64,000 bases of DNA from Paraspadella gotoi (lineage: Eukaryota > Animalia > Chaetognatha), in contig CM119266.1 of NCBI GenBank assembly GCA_051294375.1, positions 1,493,554-1,557,553 of the forward strand, read 5' to 3'. Below the pieces are notes generated by a model that saw only the letters and a list, made by a program, of their open reading frames with translations, was not told the origin of the DNA and made no database searches. Shown piece after piece: positions 28,275 to 39,880 of the stretch; the first letter of the stretch is position 1, and each line of letters opens with the position of its first letter. Made by a program: the position numbers and the translations under genes.

Positions 28275-31005
28275 ATGAAAACCAAGTGCCAATCACGTAT
28301 CGTCGGGACGGCGACGACGACGACGACGACCGTGCGGTCATGGACAACGACGATAACGACGACAAAAACGCCGCCGATCTTCAGTCTAGGCGTCGTTTTG
28401 CTAACGGGTGAGAGATGGTGAAAGGTTGTCCTTTGTTCCGGAAAGTCAGTCAAATTCAATTTTAATCCATTTTATGTTATCAAAAAGTTAAGGAAATCGT
28501 CGAAGAAAATGACGAAACGATTCTTTTTCTTACATTTTCAGTGATGCTGTGCCCGTTGTGCCTGAGTCAGGACAATTGTGATGAAGGTAAGGTCACCTAT
28601 TCTTCGGCTATTTCTATAATCTAAATCTAAATCTTCTTTATCTATATATATATAACGAGGTTTTTACTCGTTGGGAGAGAATTCGTTGTGGCAGTTTTTT
28701 TTTGGTCGGTCCCTCTTTTTTTTTCTGTTAGTATTCTATTGGCACTTCATTTGTCACCAAAAAAATGGTTCTAATTTTATAACCAAAATTTTACGTTTGG
28801 CTTAATTTCCCCTAAAAATTAAATTTTTTTAGGTGATAAAATAATCTAAAGCTACCTGTTTAAACTTTGTTGGTTTTAAACAATGAGTTGTTTGTGATAA
28901 ATCGAAAACAATGAAATCTTTCTCTTTTCCGCTTTAAAAGAGACTTTCTCTGGCATTTTACAAATTTTGTTTTTCAAAAAACAATTTTTGGTAAAAAAAT
29001 GAAGTTCCTTATTATTTTAATGTTGGGTTTCCTAATTTGGGGGCAAGCTCTGGGTTTTACACTGAATCACCACTGGGAAATTGAAGAACCAGGCGGAATT
29101 ATAGACCCGTCTAGCATTGAGGAGCCCGGTGGAATTATAGACCCATCGAGCATTGAAGAGCCTGGCGGAATCATTGACCCATCTAGCATTGAAGAGCCGG
29201 GTGGAATAATTGATCCATCTGACATTCAAGAACCAAGTGGAATTGCCGCTTTGAATAACCTCGACGACTTTTTGACAAGATCGAGCTAATAGTAACATGG
29301 CGGAGCACGACTGAAGCCATTGTTGTACTAAATGAGAATTGATTTGCTGATTATTATTCTTAATTCATCAACTAGTTTCGACAACTTAATTAACGAGAGT
29401 TATCTCATCTATTAGGTAACCTTCATTTTTATTTATAAAAAGTATTAGAAATTAAAAATTACAATCTAATTTTGCCATTCTACTTATAATTTTTATTTTT
29501 ACATAAAATCATATCATTTTTTATCATTATTTTTCAGCTACATTGTCATGTTTTTACTGTTGGCTGTTGCTATTATTTTTCAGTTACATTGTCATGTTTT
29601 TACTGTTGGCTGTTGCTATTATTTTTCAGCTACATTGTCATGTTTTTACAGTTGGCTGTTGCTATTATTTTTCAGCAACATTGTCATATTTTTATTGTTG
29701 CTATTGCTGTTGCTATTATTTTTCAGCAACATTGTCATGTTTTTACTGTTGGCTGTTGCTATTATTTTTCAGATACGTTGTCATGTTTTTACAGTTGGCT
29801 GTTGCTATTATTTTTCAGATACGTTGCAATGCTACAACTGTGACTCTTTGACATACGAGGGGTGCGACGATCCCTTCAATAAAACCTTCATTCCCCAAAT
29901 AACCTGTAAGAGTTTCTGTGTCAAGTACAGCAAAATTTCTCCCAAAGGTAAGTTGAAAACTATTGGAGCAATTAATCAGTGACTTTAAATAGAAAGATGA
30001 GTAGTAATTTAACTCTTTTTCAGTATTTCTTGAACGTATGTGTTCGACTTTTCGTCCAATTGTCAATAAATTTAGCAAATGTGATACCAAGTAATATTGT
30101 GCCCACAGGAAGTCACATCGTGACGCGAACGTGCATGGACAACATGGACATCAAACTTCACATTCCAGACGAGGTTTGCCGTTCGAACATAAAGCAAGGC
30201 GGCCACATTTGTTTTTGCAAGGAAAAATCAAATTGCAACGCTGCCCAATCAGCAGGTAGAGGAAGAGGGGATGGAAAAAAGTGTATTAAATGTGAGGAAG
30301 ATGTGACGTGTGCGCTAGAAAAATATAACATAAAAGCAGAGTTAAGACGTTTTGCACTCGGAGGGTGGTGTTATGAGAAAGGGCTCGTTCTTAATAGTGA
30401 GAGAAGCCCCCTTTGGACAAAAAGGAGCACTGAAAAAAGGATAAAAAATGACAATTTTTTCAAAAGAACCTCATTTTTGTTCATAATCCCTGAATTAATT
30501 TCCAACTCTGATAATAAAAATTCAGAAATGAATTCAAAACTAAGTTTTATTAAAACGCAACAAAGAGAAAGTCCACAAACTTCGATATCTAAGCTTAGTT
30601 TTTTATATCCCTAATTTCAATCTTTAATTTTAATCATTTAATCTTAATCCTTAACCAAAACTTATCCTTATAAATAAGGATTTAAAAAACAAAATAAATT
30701 TTTCAGAAAAAGAGGAGTTCAATAATAAAAGCTTGCATACAAATATATTAAAACCTACTCCAAGCTTTATATAGATAGCAAAACAGCTTATTGATTGAAA
30801 TGAATAGATACTTTTTCTATTGGTTGTACCAATTTCATACAATTTAATTTTTTGTTTTTCAGTTTTCGGTCGTCTTTCCCTCCATCACTTCTCAAGGCAT
30901 TCCATTCTTCCCTCGACGCTCCACTCATCCATGCGCCTCCTCTTCCTCCTCCTCGACTCCTCGCTCTCTCCCTCTCTTTTTCTTCTCTTGTTTATTCTTC
31001 GTTGA
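28275..31005 (+). CDS. Quiver/sleepless-like Ly6/three-finger GPI-anchored protein; exons 28275-28407, 28542-28586, 29819-29947, 30109-30255, 30863-31005
   Basis: Exons join in phase 1 through GT-AG introns: hydrophobic leader ..IFSLGVVLLTVMLCPLCLS; LQCYNCDS..EGCDDPFN..TCKSFCVK..VTRTCM..EVCR..GHICFCKEKSNCN (10-Cys Ly6/QVR pattern ending in CN); hydrophobic GPI-signal tail ..LFLLLFILR*. Confidence 0.85.
28999..29289 (+). CDS. Intronless secreted repeat-peptide precursor (96 aa) nested in quiver intron 2
   Basis: AAAAAATG start; signal peptide MKFLIILMLGFLIWGQALG; 4x IEEPGGIIDPS(S/D) plus a degenerate IQEPSGI; differences between repeats are almost entirely at third codon positions. Confidence 0.8.
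   Translation: MKFLIILMLGFLIWGQALGFTLNHHWEIEEPGGIIDPSSIEEPGGIIDPSSIEEPGGIIDPSSIEEPGGIIDPSDIQEPSGIAALNNLDDFLTRSS
29530..29831 (+). repeat. ~46-bp tandem repeat built from the quiver exon-3 acceptor junction
   Basis: About six units of TTTTTCAG(C/T/A)TAC(A/G)TTGTCATGTTTTTAC(T/A)GTTGGCTGTTGCTATTA grading into the true TTTTTCAG|ATACGTTGCAATG. Confidence 0.85.
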
Positions 31006-32869
31006 ATTTTAATCTAAACTATGAAAACAATAACAACGACTACAACATGACAAGAAAAACGACAGACGACCAAAAAAAAAGTCTTCCACATTTTTTTTTC
31101 CATTTTCATCCAAAATTGTTCAACTGTTTGTCACGTCGTCCCATTCCCAATTTTTTGTTCACATTTAGATATTAATTATGACTAAAAATTATTTGTATCA
31201 CAAACTTGGTAGAATTTTTTTTAATGATTAGGATAAATTTTATTTCTAAACTAATTACTTGATTTTATATTATAATTTGGCCAATGATTAAACGTATTTT
31301 TGGTTAGGACAAAAAGTTACCACTTGGTAATCGTTTTAATTAATTCATGTTCATTTCACCGTCATTCTTATCGTTGGTGCGACTTTGGTTTTTTTCTGCA
31401 AAATTCTCGATAAGGTTTAGCTTTTGGTACTTTTTTTTAAACTATAAACGTTTTTTTAGGCCACTTAATTATATTTTTTATATTATCAATTTATGTATCG
31501 AGGCAACGAAATTATAAAAAAAAACATCTAAGTTATGTTTAGTTTAAATAAATTTACATAAATGATTTTACACTGTATATGACTAACACATAATTTTTTG
31601 AAGAATTTTTTCCCCTAATAAAGATTGACTGTATTGTAAGCTTTTATTAGATGCTATTAAAAAACATGACCTTAGTGGGAAAATATGGTCTAAGAATAAA
31701 AATATATTGGCGAGCCTACTATTAAATAACAAAATAAATAATAATTAAAAATTAAAAAAATATTATTATACAAATTACACTTGAGTCATACTAAAACAAA
31801 GTTTATACACCAAAATGTGATTTTTTTTATAACAAACTACAAGTTATGTACCCATTTTATACGACCATTTTTATACAATTATTGTCACTTGTGTTTTTGG
31901 GATACTCTGACTGATAACTATGTTTAGCTATCATTAAATAGTGATGTGATAATGATATGACAAATGCCAGAAATATGATCATGTCGAATCATGTTGCAAT
32001 ACATGCGTGTTTTTTGACTTGTTGAAACATCTTGCACTCGGCTCCTATGGTTTTTGGGGTTTATCAAAAAAATTTCTTAAAAAATATTGATTTTTTTTTT
32101 CCATAAATTGTTTTCATTGACGATTTGAATAAAATCTTCATCGCAATTGAAACTAAGATTCTGGATGGGTACTATTATCAAATACAGTCATACCTAAGGC
32201 TTTAATAATTATTCTCAGCCCGAAAAGTATTTTACAGCTTTTTTTTTTCACCAAAATTCGAGGAAATACTTGCTCAAGTCAGTTTAAATATTTTACTCAT
32301 TACAATAGCTTTGCTTAATATTTAGCTTTTCATACTTGTACTTGAATGACGAAAGTATTTACTCAGCTAATGTAGTGAGTGAAACCATAACGAACTTTAA
32401 CGGTCGCCGGTCATTGGTTGATTCATGGAGAAATTTAAGAACATATAAATTAACTTCAAACAAGGCTTTTCTTAAGGCCTCAGTTGTCTGTCCGTATTTA
32501 ATTCAATAAAAGAATCATTATATTTGCATGAAACCCCGTTAATTCTGGTTTGCCAATATGTAGCACCAATAGTGTATATTTTTATCAGCGAAGAGTAAAG
32601 AAAAAAAATCTCCATCAGCCTCTGATTATTAATATACCCTCATAGTTATTTGATCTTGTTTACCCAAAATATATCTTATGTTAAACCCTTCAATAAATGT
32701 TTTTTTTTTAATATAAAACCTAGACAATTGTAAAACAGTAAAAATAAACTCTTTCTCACCACTTTTTCTATTGTTAAGGCTGCCATGAGGAAATTGTTAA
32801 TTTTTTTAAAGTGTCTCTTGTTATGGTCCTGTGCGATTATACCTTTTGTTTTTTTATTTCTGCTGCACC

Positions 32870-32891
32870 CGAGTCCAACCGCTTGGACTCG
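32870..32891. other. Perfect 9-bp-stem hairpin in an AT-rich, microsatellite-free tract
   Basis: CGAGTCCAA-CCGC-TTGGACTCG. Confidence 0.55.
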
Positions 32892-33759
32892 ACTTAATTA
32901 TTAAAAGGTTCTTTGTACAGGAAACTGTTGTTTGTTAGCCAGTCGGTAGTAACACTTGTTGGTAGTACAATAACTTTTTTTGGGCTTCTTAAATAAATTA
33001 CTGTTATTTTAAAAGCCGAAAAAGTGGAACGTGAAAGCCTATTATGTTTCTTTTAAAAACAGTAACTGTCGAACGAAAACTGGTTGATAAAATGTATTGT
33101 TACACTGTCTTGAAATGATTAATAATAAAGAGTTAAACAAAACGCATTTGTATTATTTCTCTCAGGTAAATAGCATTTTTCTTAAACACGAAGTTTACAA
33201 TAATTTATAATTGTATAATTTTATTTACAAATTGCAGTGTAGGAGCTAAAATACGTAGAAAAGAGTTAACTAGGAAAAGAGTCACTTTTTTCACTAATTA
33301 TTAAGATAAAAGCAGAAAATACGAAGCTAAAGCACCGTACAAGAAGATCCACAGGTACGGACCTAAAAAATAATTCAAATCTTAGTAATCAATATAAATA
33401 AAATTTAATATTGTTGAAAAAAATTAGAAGACAAGTTAATTTTTTTGAGTGACCTCACCCAATGGAAAATTTAAAGAGTTCACGCCCAGTAGCAAGGAAA
33501 AGTGAAGATCACTTTTTAGGCTTTTTATATTTTCAAATAGATTTGGGTTTTGAACTTTGTCTCTCACTCTCCGCTATTTAAAGCAAATTTAAAGCAGATC
33601 CCAGGAATTGTAATTTTTTTAACAGCAGGTTAAATTCAACTGCTTTTTGTTTTACGACATTCTGCCATGGCGGATACTTTGACAGAGACTGTGGCGCCGC
33701 CGACGGTTACGTTTTTGGATGGATCCGCTGCGGCGTATGATCGACCGATGCCGCCGACT

Positions 33760-33880
<121 letters not shown>

Positions 33881-34793
33881 GTCCCCCTATTTCTCTTCCT
33901 ACTACTTCCAATCGTGACATCAGCCCCTCGAGTTTACGGTAAATCGTCCTCTTCCTTCGTAAGAGATCGAAAAATTGAGTCGGTCTGACATTCCGATTAA
34001 TCAACCTATATCAGTTTTCGAGCTCGGTCGAGTGACGCTCAGTAAACCAGATTAATTAAATTGAGACCGAGTTTTCTTTTTTTCATTTTTAAGACGCCAG
34101 GAAAGTGTCATTCAAAATGTCATTTTTTACCTTTTTTTTCGTGAATTGTCCAAATAATGTATTATTTTAGATAAGTTTAATTATCGCTTTTCGCTTTTTG
34201 TTAAAATTATCAGAAACCAAAAAAATGCATAAAAAAAAACAAATAATCCAAACAAACAAACGGTGATCCTTTCTTATTTTCAGTCTTTATGAAGAAAAAA
34301 TAAAAAAATAAGTCTCTTCAACTTTTAGACAATTCGTAAAAACGGAACTTGTTTATTAACCTAATTAAAAATTTTTCAGCAAAAATTTTGTCGTGGGGTT
34401 CAAAAAAAAAGGGCCATAATAAAAAGACTTTACTTAAAAAATTATTATTCCATTATATCAATACTTTTTAAATATATTATTATACTTTATATATTATATT
34501 ATACTAGCTTCCGTGGGTTTTTTACATTGTAGTAAGCTATATATTACTCAGTCAAACTTTTACATAATTAAATCTCTGGATTTTTTGTTTTCTAAGTAAG
34601 AGACCAAAGTTCAAACTGAACTGTTTTCAAAATATTTTTCATGAGTAAAAAAACTTTTAATTCTCTCTCTCTCTCTCTCTTTTTTTTTCTTATCGCTGTA
34701 ATTTAACTCCGGCAGTTATGTTTTTGGCTGCAGCTGTCAAAAACCGTCATTAACAACACAGCACGGCCAACTTTATTCCCTAATGAGTTGAAC

Positions 34794-35509
34794 ATGAAGT
34801 AAGTTGATAAAAGTGATAAATCAATGTGAAGTGCAATAGCTATGTAAGCACTATCTTAAGTACGTAATAACAAGTATATTCTTATAAATAACTATCTTTT
34901 ATCACTTTCCAAATTCCTTATTAATTGGCAGATTTCTTTATTTCCAGAGATCCGCCGTCTATCCCCATTCTGGACTTATCTTCTCCAGACTTAGTCCAGC
35001 TGAGCCACGACTTTGTCCATCACTTATCCACAGTCGGGTTCATCTACCTCCAGCACCATGGCGTCGCTCAGAATCTCATCGATGAAGCTCGACGAGCAGC
35101 TTGGGAATTTTTCGACAAAGATTTGGAATTTAAGGTGACAAAGTGTTGTTGCAGGAGTAATCAAAAATATTGTTAAACTGGCTCAATAATATTTCTATTA
35201 CGTAGTTTATTCCTTTTTAGTGAAATTAATTTGGCTTTATTTGGTTTTAAGAATATTAAATATCTGAGTAAATTTGTGAATTTGACATTCTTTGTAAGAT
35301 AGAAAACATAAATATATTTTTTCATATGGATAGGATAAGATAAGATTTATTATTAACTAATTATTTAATAATTTACTTATGTTGTCATAATTTTTCTCAA
35401 GATGGCCTCGGAAATGACCGACCACCAAAATCCGTGGGGCTTCAAACCTCGTGAATCTCAAAATTTAAATCCAGAGGCAAAAGTTAAGGACGCCTTCGAG
35501 TCGGTGAGC

Positions 35510-35575
<66 letters not shown>

Positions 35576-36392
35576 ATCCCTTCTTCCCCCCTCCTCCCCA
35601 CCCTCCAGCTCATGTTCGACGCCCACTCTCCCACCTCCAACACCTGGCCGACTCCCCAACTGGCCGCGACGACGCCGACGTTGATCGAATCCCTCGGCGC
35701 CCTCTCTCGACGCCTCTTGAATATGTTGGGCGTCGGTCTTCAGCTCCGAGACTCGGAGCACTTTGCCAAAACCCATTCGTTCCTTCTCGGGCCGGATCGG
35801 CCGTCATCCCTCACAGCCTTGCGAATCAATCACTACCCGCTGCTCGGGTCATACGGGCTGAAGGAAGGGCAGGCCCAGTGTTCGGAGCACTGCGACTGGG
35901 GAACGATCACGCTGCTGCTGCAGGCGAGTGGGGGAGGGACGGAAATTCTGATGCTGCGACCCTGCGGCCGAGCTGAGGGAAAGAGGCAGAATGAGCATGA
36001 AAGGCGGCTCAGTTTTGGTGTTGCTGTTGTTTTTATCCGTCTATTTCTCACTCGCTTTCCTACCTGCCTGCTTCTTTCTGATCTCTCTCCACCTGATTCT
36101 CACACCAACCTTTCCTGAACCGCCTGTTTCTAATCTCAGGACGACGTGTCAGGCCTCGAGGTGCAGGCGGCGCGAGGAGGAGAATTCGTGGAGGCGACGC
36201 CTGTCGAAGGAACCATTTTGGTCAGGATTGGGTTTTTTATGTTAATTCTATATTCATTAGTTATTAATAATATATTTGAGATTAAAGACGAAGTATTTTT
36301 ACATCAACGATTTTATTTTTAATGTACGTACAAGTTCGGCTTACATTCAAGCCTTCATCAGTGCTATGACAATGACTTTGGGGGGGAGAGAG

Positions 36393-36428
<36 letters not shown>

Positions 36429-36432
36429 AGAG

Positions 36433-36465
<33 letters not shown>

Positions 36466-36531
36466 AAAAAATGGCCAACAAAGATGAGTGACAGAGACAG
36501 TGGTGAAATGTGAGGACAGGTTAAGTTGGTA

Positions 36532-36569
<38 letters not shown>

Positions 36570-37216
36570 ATGTGGAGGGAAAAGAAATTAAATTTTTTGT
36601 GAGTGAGAGAGAGAGAAAAAGAGAGAAAGAGAGAGAGAGACAGAGAAGCAGAGAAGCTAAACAAACTAAAATATTTAAATTAAGTCAGATTAAAATAAAA
36701 TGAATAAAGAAGTGAAATTTAGATGAAATGGAAATAAAGATGTTGAGGGATAGGTAAGTGAAAGAGTAAGTTAAAAATAAGAAAAAGAAAAAGCACAAAA
36801 TGAGCTGCCCTCCCCCCCGGGTCAACAATGGGGGATGCTGACGATGTAGTCGGGTCATTGGTTTGTCATAGGCTGAGAGACTATTGTGGTGGAGTGCGAC
36901 ATGGACGGGTCCAGTAGAGACCCAGGCGGAAAGAGGCCAAGTGCAACTCGAACTTTAAAGAATTAAAAAGAATCGACAAAAACTAAAATTCATCGTTTTT
37001 AAGATCATTGTTGTTAGGGTCATAATTTTTCCCTACCGTAAAGAAACGAACTTTTTTTCTCTCTTCTTTTTCCCATAATCCTCCCGAACGAATTAAACTC
37101 CAGGAACGCCAATAAAACGGGAGATAAAACGACATAAACAAATAAAAACTGACATGAAAACCAAGAAGATTCGTGTATTTTTAAAATTGAACGATGACCA
37201 ATTAACTCGGTCATAA

Positions 37217-37268
<52 letters not shown>

Positions 37269-37624
37269 GCGAGCGAAAAATTCACGCGACGAATCTTACG
37301 CCAATTATTTTACTACTCTATAACTTTATTTTATCAATTAATCTTCATTTCCCCATCACTTTCTCTTTCCTCTCTCCATCACAATCACAGGTCAACATCG
37401 GGCTGATGCTGGAGAACTGGAGCAATGGCCGCCTTCGCGCCACCAAGCACCGCGTCGTCAAACCGTTGGAGCGCGAGCGAATCTCGATCGTCTTCTTCGC
37501 GATGCCCGACTCTGACGTGGGCGTGGAGCCGTTGGAAGAGCTCGTCGACGAAGGGATCGAATCGTTGTACAGGAAGACGACTTGCAAGGAGTTTGTCGAC
37601 GACATGCTCAGCAAAACGCATTGA
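34794..37624 (+). CDS. 2OG-Fe(II) dioxygenase, IPNS/ACC-oxidase-like (DIOX_N + 2OG-FeII_Oxy), paralog 1 (~307 aa); exons 34794-34798, 34948-35134, 35402-35503, 35609-35923, 36140-36220, 37391-37624
   Basis: IPILDLS..GFIYLQHHGV N-domain; LRINHYP; H-x-D (SEHCDWGTITLLLQD); GLEV; VNIGLMLENWSNG; distal His (TKHRV); R-x-S (RISIVFF). Intron 4 has a GC donor (CAG|GCGAGT). Confidence 0.92.
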
Positions 37625-37866
37625 AAAAGAGGAGGATTGTTAATGACTATTTTATTTTTTAACACAAACTATTTTTTGTTGACCGTTTTAAAAGAAAATA
37701 AATTTAAAAACAAAATTTTAGCCCCGCATATTTTTTTTTTTAAATCAGTAACTTTTTATTTTATTTATTTTTGAGTGCAGAGCTGATAAGTGATCTCCGC
37801 TGAAACTTCAGGGGGCGGATTAACTTATCGTTTAAGAAAGCAGAATTGTGGAAAATTTAAACAAAA

Positions 37867-39693
37867 ATGAAGTAAGCTTATTGAAACACTTTAAAAATAC
37901 TTGAGATTATTTTTTCACGAGTTATCATCTGTCCCTTTCTTTTCACAGAGACTCGCCGTCCATCCCCGTCCTAGACTTATCTTCTCCAGACTTTGTCCAG
38001 CTGAGTCGCGACTTTGTCCATCACCTTTCCAACGTCGGGTTTATCTACCTGCAGCATCACGGCGTCGCTCAGAATCTCATCGATGAAACACGCGAAGCTG
38101 CAAAGGAGTTCTTCGCCAAAGATTATGATTTTAAGGAAATTATTTATAAAAATGCTCTCATTTTATCATGATAATAACCATCACTTGTCCGAGGACGGGG
38201 GCAATATTGCTTATTTATTTAATGGACTGATATTTTTTGTACAGGTTGTCCCGATTGCATATTAACATATTGCATATGCATAATAACTTTTACATATTTA
38301 TTTAATGAATTCAAAATTTGCAACATTTTTTTTAACAGATGATTTCAAAGATGACGGATAAAACTGTTCCATGGGGTTTCAGGCCATTTGAGACTGAGAG
38401 GCTGGATCCTGAGGCCAAGATCATGGATGCCAAAGAAGTGGTAACTGTAGATGTTCATCCGTCTATTTTCTTATACTTTTTTCGAGTTGCACTTATTTTC
38501 CAGCTTCTATTTTTTTTTCCAGATCATGTTCAACGCACACGATCCTTCCTCAAACAACTGGCCAACACCTCGACTCGGGGAAACTACGACGTCGCTGATC
38601 GATGAATTGGGCGAACTTACCCGACGCTTATTAAAAATGCTGGGCGTCGGGTTGGACCTCAAAGACAGTGACGTATTTCTGAACGCTCACTCGTTTCTAA
38701 GAGGACCCGATGGACCGAAGTCCCAAACGTCTCTCCGCTTCAATCATTACCCTTTTTTGGAGAGAAGCGAAATGAAAGATGGTCAAGTCAATTGTTCCGA
38801 ACATTTCGATTGGGGAACAGTGACTCTCTTGATGCAGGTACGAGTATAGAATAGTTTTTACGTTCAATTAATTGATTGGGTTCATTGATCGATTCATTGA
38901 ATTAAGGACGATTGTCTAGTTAACTTTGATTGATTCATTAAATTAGGACGACGTCTCGGGTTTGGAAGCACAAACGTCGCGCGATGGCGAATACGTGGAG
39001 GCGCTTCCGATCGAAGGAACAATCTTGGTTCGAGACGCTTTGAAGGAACATATAATTATAATTAAATATACTTTACCTTCCATTTTCATATTTTCTTTTC
39101 ATATTCATATTAAACATACGCTTCTTTCTTTCTTCTTACATTTATAAGTTATAACTTTTTTTGTGTTTATTTGTTCTATATTCTTAGTCTGATTAACTGC
39201 TAGAAGGAATTGTTATTTATGATTATTTAATGATTATGATTTGAGAAAACGAAATTGTTAATTGATAACAACGATTTTTATTCACAATAAAATTCGGACA
39301 TGTTTTGTGAATAAAAATGAGCTGATGGCTTTGTTCAATGAGCCACCCGGTCACAACTGAAGCTTATAGGCGGGGTGAACCTAGGCGATGCCCGACTACA
39401 ATTGCATCATTCCCCTTTACTCTTAACAGGTAAACATCGGTCTAATGCTTGAGAACTGGACCAATGGTCGCCTCCGCGCCACCAAGCATCGAGTCACCAA
39501 GCACCTCGCTCGGGAGAGAATGAGCGTCGTCCTCTTTGTGCAGCCGGACATCGAAGTCGATGTGGAGCCACTGGAAGAGCTTGTAGCCGAGGGAAGCGAG
39601 ACTGCTTACCTCAAGACAAGCAGCGGCGGTTTCGTCAAGCACATGATCAGCAAGACAATTCAAGAGAGTGCGTTTGAAGGAGTCAGCTCATAA
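37867..39693 (+). CDS. 2OG-Fe(II) dioxygenase paralog 2; exons 37867-37871, 37949-38135, 38339-38440, 38523-38837, 38947-39027, 39430-39693
   Basis: Exons 1-5 are the same lengths as in paralog 1 (5/187/102/315/81 nt). SEHFDWG, TKHRV and RMSVVLF are intact. The intron 2 donor reads AAG|GAAATT. Confidence 0.9.
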
Positions 39694-39880
39694 CTGATTG
39701 TCCATGTTTTTCTATCTTAATATTTTTCTTTTCATTGGTTTCTGTTTGCAATAGCGCTTCAGTTTTTGTCCAGTCTACTTTACTACAAATAACTATGAAT
39801 TCCTATCTTTCGCATTTTACTAGTTATAGATTTTATTCGTTAAATTTGAAGGTTGAAAAAGAAATCGTCAACAAATAAAA

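Noticed and set aside
29530-29831. Regular repeats as a CRISPR array
   Set aside because: Head-to-tail units with no unique spacers, eukaryotic context and no cas genes.
36838-36935. Hammerhead ribozyme (CTGACGA ... GAAA)
   Set aside because: Stem II is not followed directly by GAAA and I could not build stems I and III. The same applies to CTGANGA at ~10476, ~22146 and ~56804.
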